Below, piece after piece: positions 53,469 through 62,563 of a stretch of 64,000 nt of DNA. Under the pieces are notes generated by a model, which was not told where the DNA came from, did no database searches, and was given only the letters and a program-made list of their open reading frames with translations. This DNA is from Euryarchaeota archaeon UBA256 (lineage in GTDB: Archaea; Thermoplasmatota; Poseidoniia; Poseidoniales; Poseidoniaceae). Each line of letters opens with the position of its first letter. The first letter of the stretch is position 1. Position numbers and translations under genes: made by a program. The stretch covers positions 7,471 through 71,470 of the forward strand of contig DACE01000031.1 in assembly GCA_002494645.1 (NCBI GenBank). Reading direction: 5' to 3'.

Positions 53469-56300
53469 TCACAAATAGACGACAGCGGGGGAAAGCGGCA
53501 TCGCTGAGCCTGCCCGTCCGGTAGTGTCTGCTTCGCCCTCACCTTCGACAACATGGACGTTGTTGAGGTCCAGTTCGGCGGCGATAAAATCACTGGCCGC
53601 AGTAAGAACTCCTTCTTCGTCAAGTGTTGAACAAATGACTTCGCGAGACGTATCGTCCCACTTGAACACCTGCGGTAGCATCTTCTTGCCCCAAAAGCCC
53701 ATGATTTCGCCCATACGTTCACCCTGAGCAATCGGCATTTCTTTGAGCAGGGGCATGAATTGTTTTGGATGGCCTCCTTCAACGATAAAATTCAACGCTG
53801 CCTGAGCTAGCCTTCGTTTCCACGACGGGCTCACCACGATGGTTGCCTCACGAGCGGGTTGTCCGAGATGACGTTCGGCAACACCCTTGATTTTGCGAGC
53901 TTGTTCAAGGAAATCACGTATGTATTGTTCTCCAGCGAGGTTCACCTGTGCCTCAGTCGTAGCGTCGCTCGGGAGTGGCATAAGGCTTGATGACACAAAA
54001 CCGTCTGTTGAAGCGATACCTTCCCACCATTCTTCGGCAAGATGAGGGGTTGAAGTTGAAATCATTTGAGCCCAAACGGGAAGCATCTTTCTTGCGATGT
54101 CTCCATTGAGACCACCTCGGCGTGTGTACCAATTGATGTCCTTGATGATTTCAAAGTGAGAAATCTCAACAGCCCGACGAAGGTCATAATCCTCCATTGC
54201 AGCAATAAATTCACGGCGGCGTTGCTCAAAACGTGCTTCGAGCCATTCGTCCATTGGACCTTCGCCCCCATCCCATTCAGCCAAGAGTTCTGGAATGCCT
54301 TGCAATTGCAAAACGACGCGATGGTTCGCTTCAAGGGCGGTGTCTGACCAGTCCATACCTGCGGTAGGATTGGCTGCGAAGAGAATGAAAAGGCGAACTG
54401 TATCTGCTCCAAAACGTTCAATCATGTCTTCGGGAGAGACGGTGTTCCCAGTTGATTTACTCATTTTTGCCGAACGTGAGCCGAGTTCCTTGGCGCAATG
54501 AGGGCAGGGGGAGCCGACGGCGTGGTCAACGGTGTGGGTTACGCCACAATCTGCACAATAGGGGGCCGCCTTGTTGACCATCCCTTGACAAAGTAACTCA
54601 TTGAAGGGTTCATCGATGGTAGTGAGGCCCATATCGCGAAGTGCTTTGGTCATGAATCTCGCGTAGATGAGGTGCATTTGTGCGTGCTCGATGCCTCCAC
54701 AGTAGAAGTCGACTTGCATCCAATGGTCGGCCATTGCTTTTGCAAAGGCTTTCGTACCGTTGCTGGGGTCCGTGTAGCGTAAGAAATACCATGAGGAATC
54801 GATGAAAGTATCCATCGTATCGGTTTCTCTGCGACCATCTTTTCCGCATGTCGGACAGGGTGTATGGAGGAAAGATGTTGAGGTTTCAAGAGGGTTGCCT
54901 TCACCAACAAAGACGACGTCTCGGGGCAATACTACGGGGAGGTCTTCATCTGGAACGGGAACGGTTCCACAATCATCGCAGTAAATCACGGGGATTGGCG
55001 TGCCCCAGTAACGTTGGCGGGAGATAAGCCAAGGGCGCAATTTCCAATTCACCTTTTGGTGACCGCGCCCGGCAGCCTCCAATGCTTCACATACAGCATC
55101 TCGTGCATCCTTACCATAACGCCCGTCGAAACCCTCAATTGGACTGTTGACCATCCATCCGTCGTCCACTTCGGCTTTCTTGAGTTCACCATCGGATGGG
55201 CCGTTTTCCTCCATTACCAAAACACGACGGATCGGGATGCCGTATTGGGTTGCAAAATCAAAATCCCGTTCATCGTGAGCGGGTACGGCCATTACTGCAC
55301 CGGTACCGTAGGTTGCGATCACAAAGTTGCCAATCCAGATCGGTATTCGCTCATCTGTAAGCGGATGAATGGCATAGGACCCGGAGAACATTCCCTTCTT
55401 CTTATTCATGTTCTTAATTCGGTCGAATTCAGCCATGCTTGATATTTCATCGTACAACATCTTCCATTCGCCTTCATGCTCTGTTCCTTTGACCAACCTT
55501 TCAGCCAAGGGATGTTCCGGAGCCAATGTCACGAAGGTGGCCCCGAAGAGTGTATCTGGACGCGTGGTGAACACTTCGATGGTTTCATCGTGGCCTTCAA
55601 GGCCAAATTGGATGTTGGCACCCTCTGAGCGGCCCAACCAATCTCGTTGAAGCGATTTGACATTCTCTGGGAAATCAATGGTATCTAATCCGTCAAGAAG
55701 TTCTTGGCAATATGCTGGAGTGTCAAGGAACCATTGGTTCATTTCTTTTTGTTCAACCGGGCCATTGCAACGCCAGCAACGACCTGCCTTGACCTGTTCG
55801 TTGGCAAGGACCGTATTGCAGGCCTCACACCAATTCACGGGTGCGTGTTCACGACGAGCAAGTCCGTTTTCCATGAACTTCGTGAAGAACCATTGATTCC
55901 ATTTGTAATAGTGAGGGTCATGGCTCTTGAGCACACGTCCCCAATCGTAAGAGAACCCCATTCGTTTGATCTGCTCGGTGATGGATGCCATGTTTCGCTC
56001 TGTAATTTCGTGGGGGTGACCTCCCTCGGCGATGGCTGCGTTTTCGGCAGGCATCCCAAAGGAGTCAAAACCCATTGGATACAGGACGTCAAATCCCATA
56101 AGACGCTTAAATCGGGCAACTGCATCTCCGATGGAGTAATTTCGCACGTGCCCCATGTGCATTTTCCCTGACGGATAGGGGTACATCTCGAGGCAATAAA
56201 AGGAAGGTTTTCCTTCGGTAATGACGGCTTCAAAGAGCGAGGCGTCAGACCATTTTTTTTGCCAAGCGACTTCATCGACGGGTGTTAATTCGCTTACCAT
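53469..56300 (-). CDS. leuS: leucyl-tRNA synthetase (archaeal type)
   Basis: PYPSGKMHMGHVRNY is the HIGH motif and KMSKSTGN is the KMSKS motif. A CP1 editing domain and a long archaeal C-terminal domain are present. 943 aa. Confidence 0.93.
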   Translation of the reverse strand: MVSELTPVDEVAWQKKWSDASLFEAVITEGKPSFYCLEMYPYPSGKMHMGHVRNYSIGDAVARFKRLMGFDVLYPMGFDSFGMPAENAAIAEGGHPHEITERNMASITEQIKRMGFSYDWGRVLKSHDPHYYKWNQWFFTKFMENGLARREHAPVNWCEACNTVLANEQVKAGRCWRCNGPVEQKEMNQWFLDTPAYCQELLDGLDTIDFPENVKSLQRDWLGRSEGANIQFGLEGHDETIEVFTTRPDTLFGATFVTLAPEHPLAERLVKGTEHEGEWKMLYDEISSMAEFDRIKNMNKKKGMFSGSYAIHPLTDERIPIWIGNFVIATYGTGAVMAVPAHDERDFDFATQYGIPIRRVLVMEENGPSDGELKKAEVDDGWMVNSPIEGFDGRYGKDARDAVCEALEAAGRGHQKVNWKLRPWLISRQRYWGTPIPVIYCDDCGTVPVPDEDLPVVLPRDVVFVGEGNPLETSTSFLHTPCPTCGKDGRRETDTMDTFIDSSWYFLRYTDPSNGTKAFAKAMADHWMQVDFYCGGIEHAQMHLIYARFMTKALRDMGLTTIDEPFNELLCQGMVNKAAPYCADCGVTHTVDHAVGSPCPHCAKELGSRSAKMSKSTGNTVSPEDMIERFGADTVRLFILFAANPTAGMDWSDTALEANHRVVLQLQGIPELLAEWDGGEGPMDEWLEARFEQRRREFIAAMEDYDLRRAVEISHFEIIKDINWYTRRGGLNGDIARKMLPVWAQMISTSTPHLAEEWWEGIASTDGFVSSSLMPLPSDATTEAQVNLAGEQYIRDFLEQARKIKGVAERHLGQPAREATIVVSPSWKRRLAQAALNFIVEGGHPKQFMPLLKEMPIAQGERMGEIMGFWGKKMLPQVFKWDDTSREVICSTLDEEGVLTAASDFIAAELDLNNVHVVEGEGEADTTGRAGSAMPLSPAVVYL

Positions 56301-56312
56301 TAGCCTTCACCG

Positions 56313-56340
56313 CCCACTGGACATCTTCCCCCACTGGACA
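56313..56340 (-). promoter_or_regulatory. tandem 11-nt direct repeat immediately upstream of leuS
   Basis: CCCACTGGACA occurs at 56313-56323 and 56330-56340 (TGTCCAGTGGG on the coding strand of leuS). The copies sit 13-40 nt upstream of the leuS ATG, and GGTGAAGG lies between them and the ATG. Confidence 0.3.
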
Positions 56341-56393
56341 ATACGCTATGAAATCCCCGCCTCAAGCCGACTGATAGCGAAGATAATCAGGGA

Positions 56394-58958
56394 TTAATCA
56401 CGTGGGAAATCTTCGCTCGTTTCAAGGAGGAAAATGGCCTCTCTGGTGAGCTTGTATCGGTTTTTCACGCCCATCTTTCGGCGTTCGACGAGCCCGTACT
56501 TCTGCAGTGTTCGAAGATGATGAGAAATCAACTGCTGGCTCTTTTCAAGACGCTTTGCTAACTCTGCTTGAGTAGGGAATTGTCCAAGGTCGCCGTCACG
56601 GTCGAGAAGATTGAGGATTTTTCCTTGCAGACTGTTAGGGTCGGGGGAAAGGGAAGGGACGGGTAAATCATCTTCGTTGGTGTTGGGGTGCAACTGATTG
56701 GTCAGCGGGTAATAGCGCACCAGGCGACCATCTTTCTTTCGCCAAATATTTTCTTCTGCCTCAAGGATTCGAAGATGGTGTGTGATCTGGCCATTGCTCA
56801 TCTCAAGAGCGCTCATCAGGGCTCTGAAATGGCAGCCTGGGTTCGCTGTCAAGTACCCCATCAAACGGCCACGCTGATAGCGCCCATCCGTGGTTTCATG
56901 AGTCTTGCCAAGCAGACCGAGGAACCACAGCCCAGCAAGCGTTGAAGGGATGCGTAGGCTTTCGTTGGTCGCCGTCACGGCAAAGATCATGGACAGAAGA
57001 GAGACGGTCACAATCGCTGACACAGCGGGAGCGACGAGGCCAGGCTCGTCTTGCTCTATTGCGATGATTACAGCATCCTCTTGTGCTGATTCGTCGGTGG
57101 ATTCTGTAACGATCGTACGTTCAAGTTGAACCTCTACCAGAGCGACAGAGGGGGCGTTGAATGTTTGGCATGCTGGTGCAGCGGCTTCGTTGTGAACAAC
57201 ATAAAGCCCTTCCATGGAGGATTGTGGAGTCCACGATGGTAGCGTGCGAGCGTTGGCGAGCAAGTAGGTTTCATCAGCGTCTTCGAGCATCCAACATGTC
57301 CCAGATTCTGTCAGGAGTCCAATCCATTGGCCCGTGATTTGATAGGTTTCTATCGCATCTTCGACCTCAACCTCTTCTGTTGTTTCTTGGTACGCTGTCG
57401 ACCATGTGAAGTCAAATGTTGTGGTGGTTCGAGGAGACGATGTCAAATGAATGTCCAATGTATATTCTCCGTCGGGCAAAATGGCTTGACCTTCTTGAGT
57501 CATCTGCACCGACAGCTTTTCAAATTCAACAACACGCTCGCCCGTCAAAACCAATATCTTGCGTCCATCATAATCCCCACACATCGTTTGGAACCTGTGA
57601 ATGGAGGTTTCATCTTCGTCGCTAAAATCAACTTCAAACGAGCACGGATTAACCATACGGATGTAACGCTCTTCTCCGGTATTGTCGAGTGCGACTTCAA
57701 CTTCAAACCGGTCGTCGTCCGTCCACGTCAATGTGGAATCGATGTTCAAACCTTCGTTGGTCGAACAGGGATTGTCCATAATGTCTGCAAAGCGTAGCGT
57801 CGTACTGTCCGATAAGCCGTACTCGGGGAGTTCGGCAACAACGGTGTAGATGCCCGGCGTCACCAAACATGCATTGCTTTGGTCGAAAGCCCATTGCGAG
57901 AGGGAAAAGCGTTCTTCACCAACGAGGTCTAGTTCCAAATCAATCGCTTGGCAGGGCTTCGTTTCACGGCTGTCGTAAACGACCTCACCAAAATCATTCA
58001 GCACCCAGTACTCCGCTTTGCAAGATGATGTAAATTCAAGACTTTGAGCACTGGTTACCGTACTTGTGAGAACCAGTTCACTCACAAAGGATTCACCCGG
58101 CCCGTAGATGGACAACTCACGGTCGTTGACTTCCAAGGCCAACGTGGCTTCGAGTGTTGATGAGGCAATGGATTGGCCTTCAACCTCAGTAGCGTACACG
58201 AAATCATCACCTGGAGAAGAGACTCTGAGGCTGGTGTTGACCGCCTCGTGGACGAGGACGTGACTCACTTGGAGCATTTCACCGGGCAAAAGGTCAGCAA
58301 CCCCTGCAAAGCACGCAGGTCCGAGTTGAGAAGTTTGGCCGATTTGAATTTCAAGGAAGCACGGGGGTAATTCGGCCAGAGATATCTTGGATGCCGTCGG
58401 GTTCAATGCACTGATTTGGTATACGGCTGGTCCGCTCTGTTCATCGCTTCTGTGAGCCACTTGAACGCTGTATTCGACCTCCTCTGGGAGCGTAACAGGT
58501 GTCTGAATTTGTGCGGACATGGATTGGGTTTGACCCGTTGCAGAATGGTAGGCTTCAACGGTATATGTGCCGGATTCAAGCCATCCCTCATCGGCGTTCT
58601 GCATGGACCAAGTGAGGGCGTCAAAGGTATGGGTTTCTCCAGCAAAGAGGTCGATAGCCCTTGATTTGTCCAAGCAGGCTTCAGACCCGTCAATCAGTTG
58701 CACACCGGTACTGTTGTAGACATTGAGGACCACATTACACGATGGATCGTTGTCTACAGCCATATCGCCGCCATCGTTGACAAAGAACGGTGTGATGACA
58801 AGCGGGTTCTCAGCGTCAAACCACGTTTGATTTGGAGGGTTTTGATACTCAATTTCAAGGCGCAGGTCATCGGTTTCCGCAGTAGCAGCACCAACGAAGA
58901 GTGATGCAAGCAGCAGGCCAGAAAGCACCAGCATGCGGCCTATCGGCTTCTCGCCCAT
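56394..58958 (-). CDS. membrane-anchored protein: about 640-aa extracytoplasmic domain, TM segment(s), two C-terminal winged-helix (ArsR-like) domains
   Basis: Signal/anchor is IGRMLVLSGLLLASLFVGAATA. TM is LVAPAVSAIVTVSLLSMIFAVTA. wHTH 1 (about 56706-56879) is GYLTANPGCHFRALMSALEMSNGQITHHLRILEAEENIWRKKDGRLVRYYPL. wHTH 2 (about 56433-56630) is GKILNLLDRDGDLGQFPTQAELAKRLEKSQQLISHHLRTLQKYGLVERR. Confidence 0.7.
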   Translation of the reverse strand: MGEKPIGRMLVLSGLLLASLFVGAATAETDDLRLEIEYQNPPNQTWFDAENPLVITPFFVNDGGDMAVDNDPSCNVVLNVYNSTGVQLIDGSEACLDKSRAIDLFAGETHTFDALTWSMQNADEGWLESGTYTVEAYHSATGQTQSMSAQIQTPVTLPEEVEYSVQVAHRSDEQSGPAVYQISALNPTASKISLAELPPCFLEIQIGQTSQLGPACFAGVADLLPGEMLQVSHVLVHEAVNTSLRVSSPGDDFVYATEVEGQSIASSTLEATLALEVNDRELSIYGPGESFVSELVLTSTVTSAQSLEFTSSCKAEYWVLNDFGEVVYDSRETKPCQAIDLELDLVGEERFSLSQWAFDQSNACLVTPGIYTVVAELPEYGLSDSTTLRFADIMDNPCSTNEGLNIDSTLTWTDDDRFEVEVALDNTGEERYIRMVNPCSFEVDFSDEDETSIHRFQTMCGDYDGRKILVLTGERVVEFEKLSVQMTQEGQAILPDGEYTLDIHLTSSPRTTTTFDFTWSTAYQETTEEVEVEDAIETYQITGQWIGLLTESGTCWMLEDADETYLLANARTLPSWTPQSSMEGLYVVHNEAAAPACQTFNAPSVALVEVQLERTIVTESTDESAQEDAVIIAIEQDEPGLVAPAVSAIVTVSLLSMIFAVTATNESLRIPSTLAGLWFLGLLGKTHETTDGRYQRGRLMGYLTANPGCHFRALMSALEMSNGQITHHLRILEAEENIWRKKDGRLVRYYPLTNQLHPNTNEDDLPVPSLSPDPNSLQGKILNLLDRDGDLGQFPTQAELAKRLEKSQQLISHHLRTLQKYGLVERRKMGVKNRYKLTREAIFLLETSEDFPRD

Positions 58959-59016
58959 GTATTCTCATAGCCACTTCTCCCTTGAAAGGGCAGCGGTGCA
59001 ATCCATGTGTGGAAGG

Positions 59017-62000
59017 TCACAGGTTTTCAAGGTCAAACATGGTCGGGATAGCTGCTTCCTGTTCGGCCTGTTGTCGCAATTCATGTTGCTTCCATTCGGG
59101 AAGTCCTTCGGTTCCTTCCCATCCAAGCGATCGTGCTTCGGCATAATTCCCTTCAGCAATGTAGTGCTGAATCCAAGCCTGACGACGTTCTTCTTCCTGT
59201 CCGAATGATTCCTGAACCATTTGTTCGTCCCGCTTTGCCTGAACGGCCTTTCGCCGACTTGCAGCCTTCGATATTTGTGCGACAAAGATGAGGGCCAATA
59301 GGAAGATAATGGCTCCACCCATGAATTGAAGGGTGCTCAAGTTTGCACTCAGTAAAGACTCCCCTTCATCTTCAACCGCTTGGAGCGTTGGGTCTGATTC
59401 AATATTGCAGGTGACCGCCGTACGGGCGCCTTCAAAGACCTCAGGGTCCCAAATACAAGGGTCGTTCAGGTCCGAGACACCATCGCCATCGGAATCAAGA
59501 CATCCAAAGACATCGACCGTTGAGGTACCTGGAACCTTTGGGCATTCATCGGGTTGATATGCTGCACGGGGTAATGCGTCTTCTTCAGCATCCAAGGGCG
59601 TGTACACGGCATTATCACCGTACCCGTCACCGTCAAAGTCGTTCCACTGTGAGACCCGGAGTGGGAAATTATCCACTCGATTATAACTGCTCAAGTTATC
59701 GCCCCAGCCGTCTCCATCAACGTCTGACCACTGGCTCATGATGTCGGGGAAGGCATCGCCACGTTGTTCTCGTAAGGTAATGAACATGCCAATGTTCTCG
59801 TCATCTGCAACCGTGGTGTTGGTGAAGAAATAGTTGTCACCCCATCCGTCACCATCGGTGTCAAGCCATTGCTCGAAATCCTCGGGGAAGGCGTCGTCTT
59901 CATCTGCATAGCCGTCTAAATCAGCATCTGGGCAACCCTGTCGTCCCTTTTCAAAGGACTTGCCGAAAACATCTACGCAATCATCCCCGCTCGGCACCAG
60001 CGTGTTATCGCCATAGCCGTCACCGTCGCTATCGGCCCATTGGAAGGGGTCGTCGGGGAAGGCGTCTACGGGGTCAGTAACTCCGTCAAGGTCTGAATCG
60101 GGGCAGCCGCGTGTCGCATCATCAAAGGATTCGCCGTATTCCAGCGGACATACGTCTCCGTTGATTCCATCGGGGTTATCGCCGTAGGTATCGCCATCTT
60201 CGTCGCTCCACTGCGTGGGGTCGCTCGGGAAAGCATCACCGTTGGTGCCTCCAGGGTTATCGCCGTAGCCGTCGCCGTCCGAATCCTTCCACTGGCTGGT
60301 GTCGTCTGGGAATGCGTCGGGGTTGCTCCCGTTGGGATTGTCGCCGCGATTATCACCGTCCCGGTCAGCCCACTGAGTGGGGTCGTCGGGGAATGGGTCG
60401 CCAGCATTGGAGTATCCGTCACCGTCACGATCTGCGCACCCAATTCGGTCCACCGTTGAGGTGCCGGCTGTGGAAGGGCAATCATCGGCGTTTTGACCGC
60501 TCGCGTTGCTACCGAAACCGTCGCCATCCTCGTCACACCATTGCGTCGGGTCGTTCGGGAAGGCGTCAGCACCGAAACAATCTGCGGTTGATGCCCACCC
60601 CGGTGTGGGGTCTGAGTATCCATCACCGTCAGAGTCGAGGCATCCCAAGCGGTCGTATTGAGAATCACCCCATTGATACGGGCAGCCATCGGGTCGGTCG
60701 CTGTTTTGATTGTCACCAACCCAATCACCATCAGAATCAAGATATTGGGTTCGGTCAAGAGGGAAGGCGTCGGTTTGGTTGGCAAGGGGAAGTAAATCAC
60801 CGGGCCAAGCGGAGGGTCGGTAGGAGACCCAAGAGGCGTTGTCAAAGTTATCTCCAAATCCATCACCATCGGTGTCGTTCCATTGCGTAGAATCCGTTGG
60901 GAATGCGTCACCGCTCTGATTCACATGGATTTGGTATTCATTCAGTTCAAAGAGGTAGTTGTCGCCACGACCATCGCCGTCTGCATCGACCCACTGGTCG
61001 GGATTGTTTGGAGCCCAATCACCTGCATCCGACCAGCCGTCGCCGTCGCTGTCTGGGCAGCCAAAGCGGTCTTCTGTCGACGTTCCAAAGGTAGCAATGC
61101 ATGCATCGGGTTGGTAGGCGGGTTCGGGATTGTCACCAAAACCATCGCCGTCGCCATCAGCCCACTGCGTGCCTTCGGAGGGGAAGGCATCAACGACGCC
61201 ATCGCCTTGGTCGGTGGAATTGTAGCCGTCGTTATCTTCATCGATGTCTGCAAACCAATAATACACGCCCTCGTCGTTACGCCCGTGAGCAGTCACAATG
61301 TGCGTGCTGTCAGGACTCCATGTCACGCCGTTAACAACCCCACACTGATTGTTATTGCCCGATGTGCAACCACCGGGCCGGGGGCCGCTAAAGGAATCGA
61401 CTTGATTGCCCGAATTTGACTGGTAAACACGTGCTGTAGCGCCGTCGGCTTGATACCAATTCATGCCAGCGACGACTTGAATACTATCGCTGGAGAAGGT
61501 GGTTGATGCACACGAAGTTGAAACGGTCTTTTCCCAAATCCTCGACCATGCTCCGTTTGCATACTGATACATGTCAAAGCTTGCTGATGAGCCCTCCCAC
61601 CCTCCGCACATGGAGAGATAATTTCCATCTGGAGACCATGCCAATGCATTGACAGCAGCGGGAGGATTGGTGATGGTCCATGTCGTGGCGCGAGACGTCG
61701 TGTTCACGATGTAGATGTCGCTGTTTCCTGCGAGGGCTAAATAGGCGCCATCTGGCGAGAAAGCAGCATCATAAAATCGGTCCTCACCGTTTGGATTGAC
61801 GGCATAGAGTTCGGCCCCCGTGGCCACGCTGATCACGGCTACTTCGCCGTTTGTTCCGCCGTTTCCTGAGCGCCCAATGGCAACGGCAACAGAGGAACTG
61901 TCAGGTGAGAATTCAACATTGTTGACTTGGTCACCGCCCCCAACATCCACGCTAATCCTTCCGTGAAGCGACGTAAGGTTGCTGCTGTAGTAAATGTCAA

Positions 62001-62472
62001 TGCTGTCGTCATTGCGCGCTGAAGCAATGTACTGGCCGTCGGGTGAATAGTCCACGCCGTTGACATCATTGCCCGTATTGACCGAGCGGACATTGGTCCA
62101 CGTGCTGGCGTTCCAGATTCGAACGAAGCCGTCTTCGGAACCCGTTACAATGAACTCTCCGTCTGGAGAGTATTTCACACCGTAATAGTCGCTGCTTGAA
62201 CTGGTCGTGAATTCGTTTTGATAATTCGGATTCCCAATCGCCCATGCGTCATTATAATCGGAAGTCCCATCGCCATCGCGGTCAGGGCAGCCATTCTTGT
62301 CAACGGTTGAGGTGCCTGCAGCCCACGGGCAATCATCAGAGCCATCTTGCACACCGTCGCCGTCTGAATCCGCCGCTTGAGCGGCGAGGCTCAACAGGGA
62401 TACGAGAAATAAAAACGAAAGGAGAAAAGCTTTGTTTTTTGGAGCCAAAACCAATTTATTGGCACATGTCAT
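59017..62472 (-). CDS. giant surface protein: signal peptide, WD40-type beta-propeller, TSP3-like Ca-binding repeat array, C-terminal TM + cytoplasmic tail
   Basis: Signal peptide is AFLLSFLFLVSLLSLAAQA. WD40/PD40-like blades (about nt 61273-62190) include YSPDGEFIVTGSEDGFVRIWN, YSPDGQYIASARNDDSIDIY, FSPDGAYLALAG, WSPDGNYLSMCG and WSPDSTHIVTAHG. TM is GGAIIFLLALIFVAQI (about 59272-59322). Confidence 0.85.
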   Translation of the reverse strand: MTCANKLVLAPKNKAFLLSFLFLVSLLSLAAQAADSDGDGVQDGSDDCPWAAGTSTVDKNGCPDRDGDGTSDYNDAWAIGNPNYQNEFTTSSSSDYYGVKYSPDGEFIVTGSEDGFVRIWNASTWTNVRSVNTGNDVNGVDYSPDGQYIASARNDDSIDIYYSSNLTSLHGRISVDVGGGDQVNNVEFSPDSSSVAVAIGRSGNGGTNGEVAVISVATGAELYAVNPNGEDRFYDAAFSPDGAYLALAGNSDIYIVNTTSRATTWTITNPPAAVNALAWSPDGNYLSMCGGWEGSSASFDMYQYANGAWSRIWEKTVSTSCASTTFSSDSIQVVAGMNWYQADGATARVYQSNSGNQVDSFSGPRPGGCTSGNNNQCGVVNGVTWSPDSTHIVTAHGRNDEGVYYWFADIDEDNDGYNSTDQGDGVVDAFPSEGTQWADGDGDGFGDNPEPAYQPDACIATFGTSTEDRFGCPDSDGDGWSDAGDWAPNNPDQWVDADGDGRGDNYLFELNEYQIHVNQSGDAFPTDSTQWNDTDGDGFGDNFDNASWVSYRPSAWPGDLLPLANQTDAFPLDRTQYLDSDGDWVGDNQNSDRPDGCPYQWGDSQYDRLGCLDSDGDGYSDPTPGWASTADCFGADAFPNDPTQWCDEDGDGFGSNASGQNADDCPSTAGTSTVDRIGCADRDGDGYSNAGDPFPDDPTQWADRDGDNRGDNPNGSNPDAFPDDTSQWKDSDGDGYGDNPGGTNGDAFPSDPTQWSDEDGDTYGDNPDGINGDVCPLEYGESFDDATRGCPDSDLDGVTDPVDAFPDDPFQWADSDGDGYGDNTLVPSGDDCVDVFGKSFEKGRQGCPDADLDGYADEDDAFPEDFEQWLDTDGDGWGDNYFFTNTTVADDENIGMFITLREQRGDAFPDIMSQWSDVDGDGWGDNLSSYNRVDNFPLRVSQWNDFDGDGYGDNAVYTPLDAEEDALPRAAYQPDECPKVPGTSTVDVFGCLDSDGDGVSDLNDPCIWDPEVFEGARTAVTCNIESDPTLQAVEDEGESLLSANLSTLQFMGGAIIFLLALIFVAQISKAASRRKAVQAKRDEQMVQESFGQEEERRQAWIQHYIAEGNYAEARSLGWEGTEGLPEWKQHELRQQAEQEAAIPTMFDLENL
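59458..61251 (-). repeat. coding repeat array: 12 x DAFPxDxxQWxDxDGDGxGDN units interleaved with 7 x C-P-x3-G-x-S-x5-G-C-x-D-x-D-x-DG units
   Basis: Counted by eye in the translation (aa 408-1005). Examples are DAFPTDSTQWNDTDGDGFGDN, DAFPDDTSQWKDSDGDGYGDN, DDCPSTAGTSTVDRIGCADRDGDGYSN and DECPKVPGTSTVDVFGCLDSDGDGVSD. Confidence 0.8.
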
Positions 62473-62492
62473 GGTAATGGGAACATTGTCGG

Positions 62493-62498
62493 TATAAA
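62493..62498 (+). promoter_or_regulatory. candidate TATA box for the wHTH-STAND gene
   Basis: GGTATAAAGGG carries TATAAA 66 nt upstream of ATG 62564, in the divergent intergenic region. Confidence 0.35.
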
Positions 62499-62563
62499 GG
62501 GTTTTTTGGGAAGATGCTCAAACAAAACATCACCGTTCTTCACAAACACGAAGTCTTGAACAC

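Noticed and set aside
60066-60911. Long alternative-frame ORFs inside the TSP3-like repeat genes: 60066..60911 (-, 281 aa), 60312..60890 (+, 192 aa), 60883..61419 (+), 52459..53160 (+, 233 aa) and 52449..52763 (-).
   Set aside because: They are artefacts of periodic GAY/GGN-rich coding repeats, which suppress stop codons in other frames. Their translations are low complexity (T/P/M or R/H/G rich) and lie wholly inside well-supported genes.
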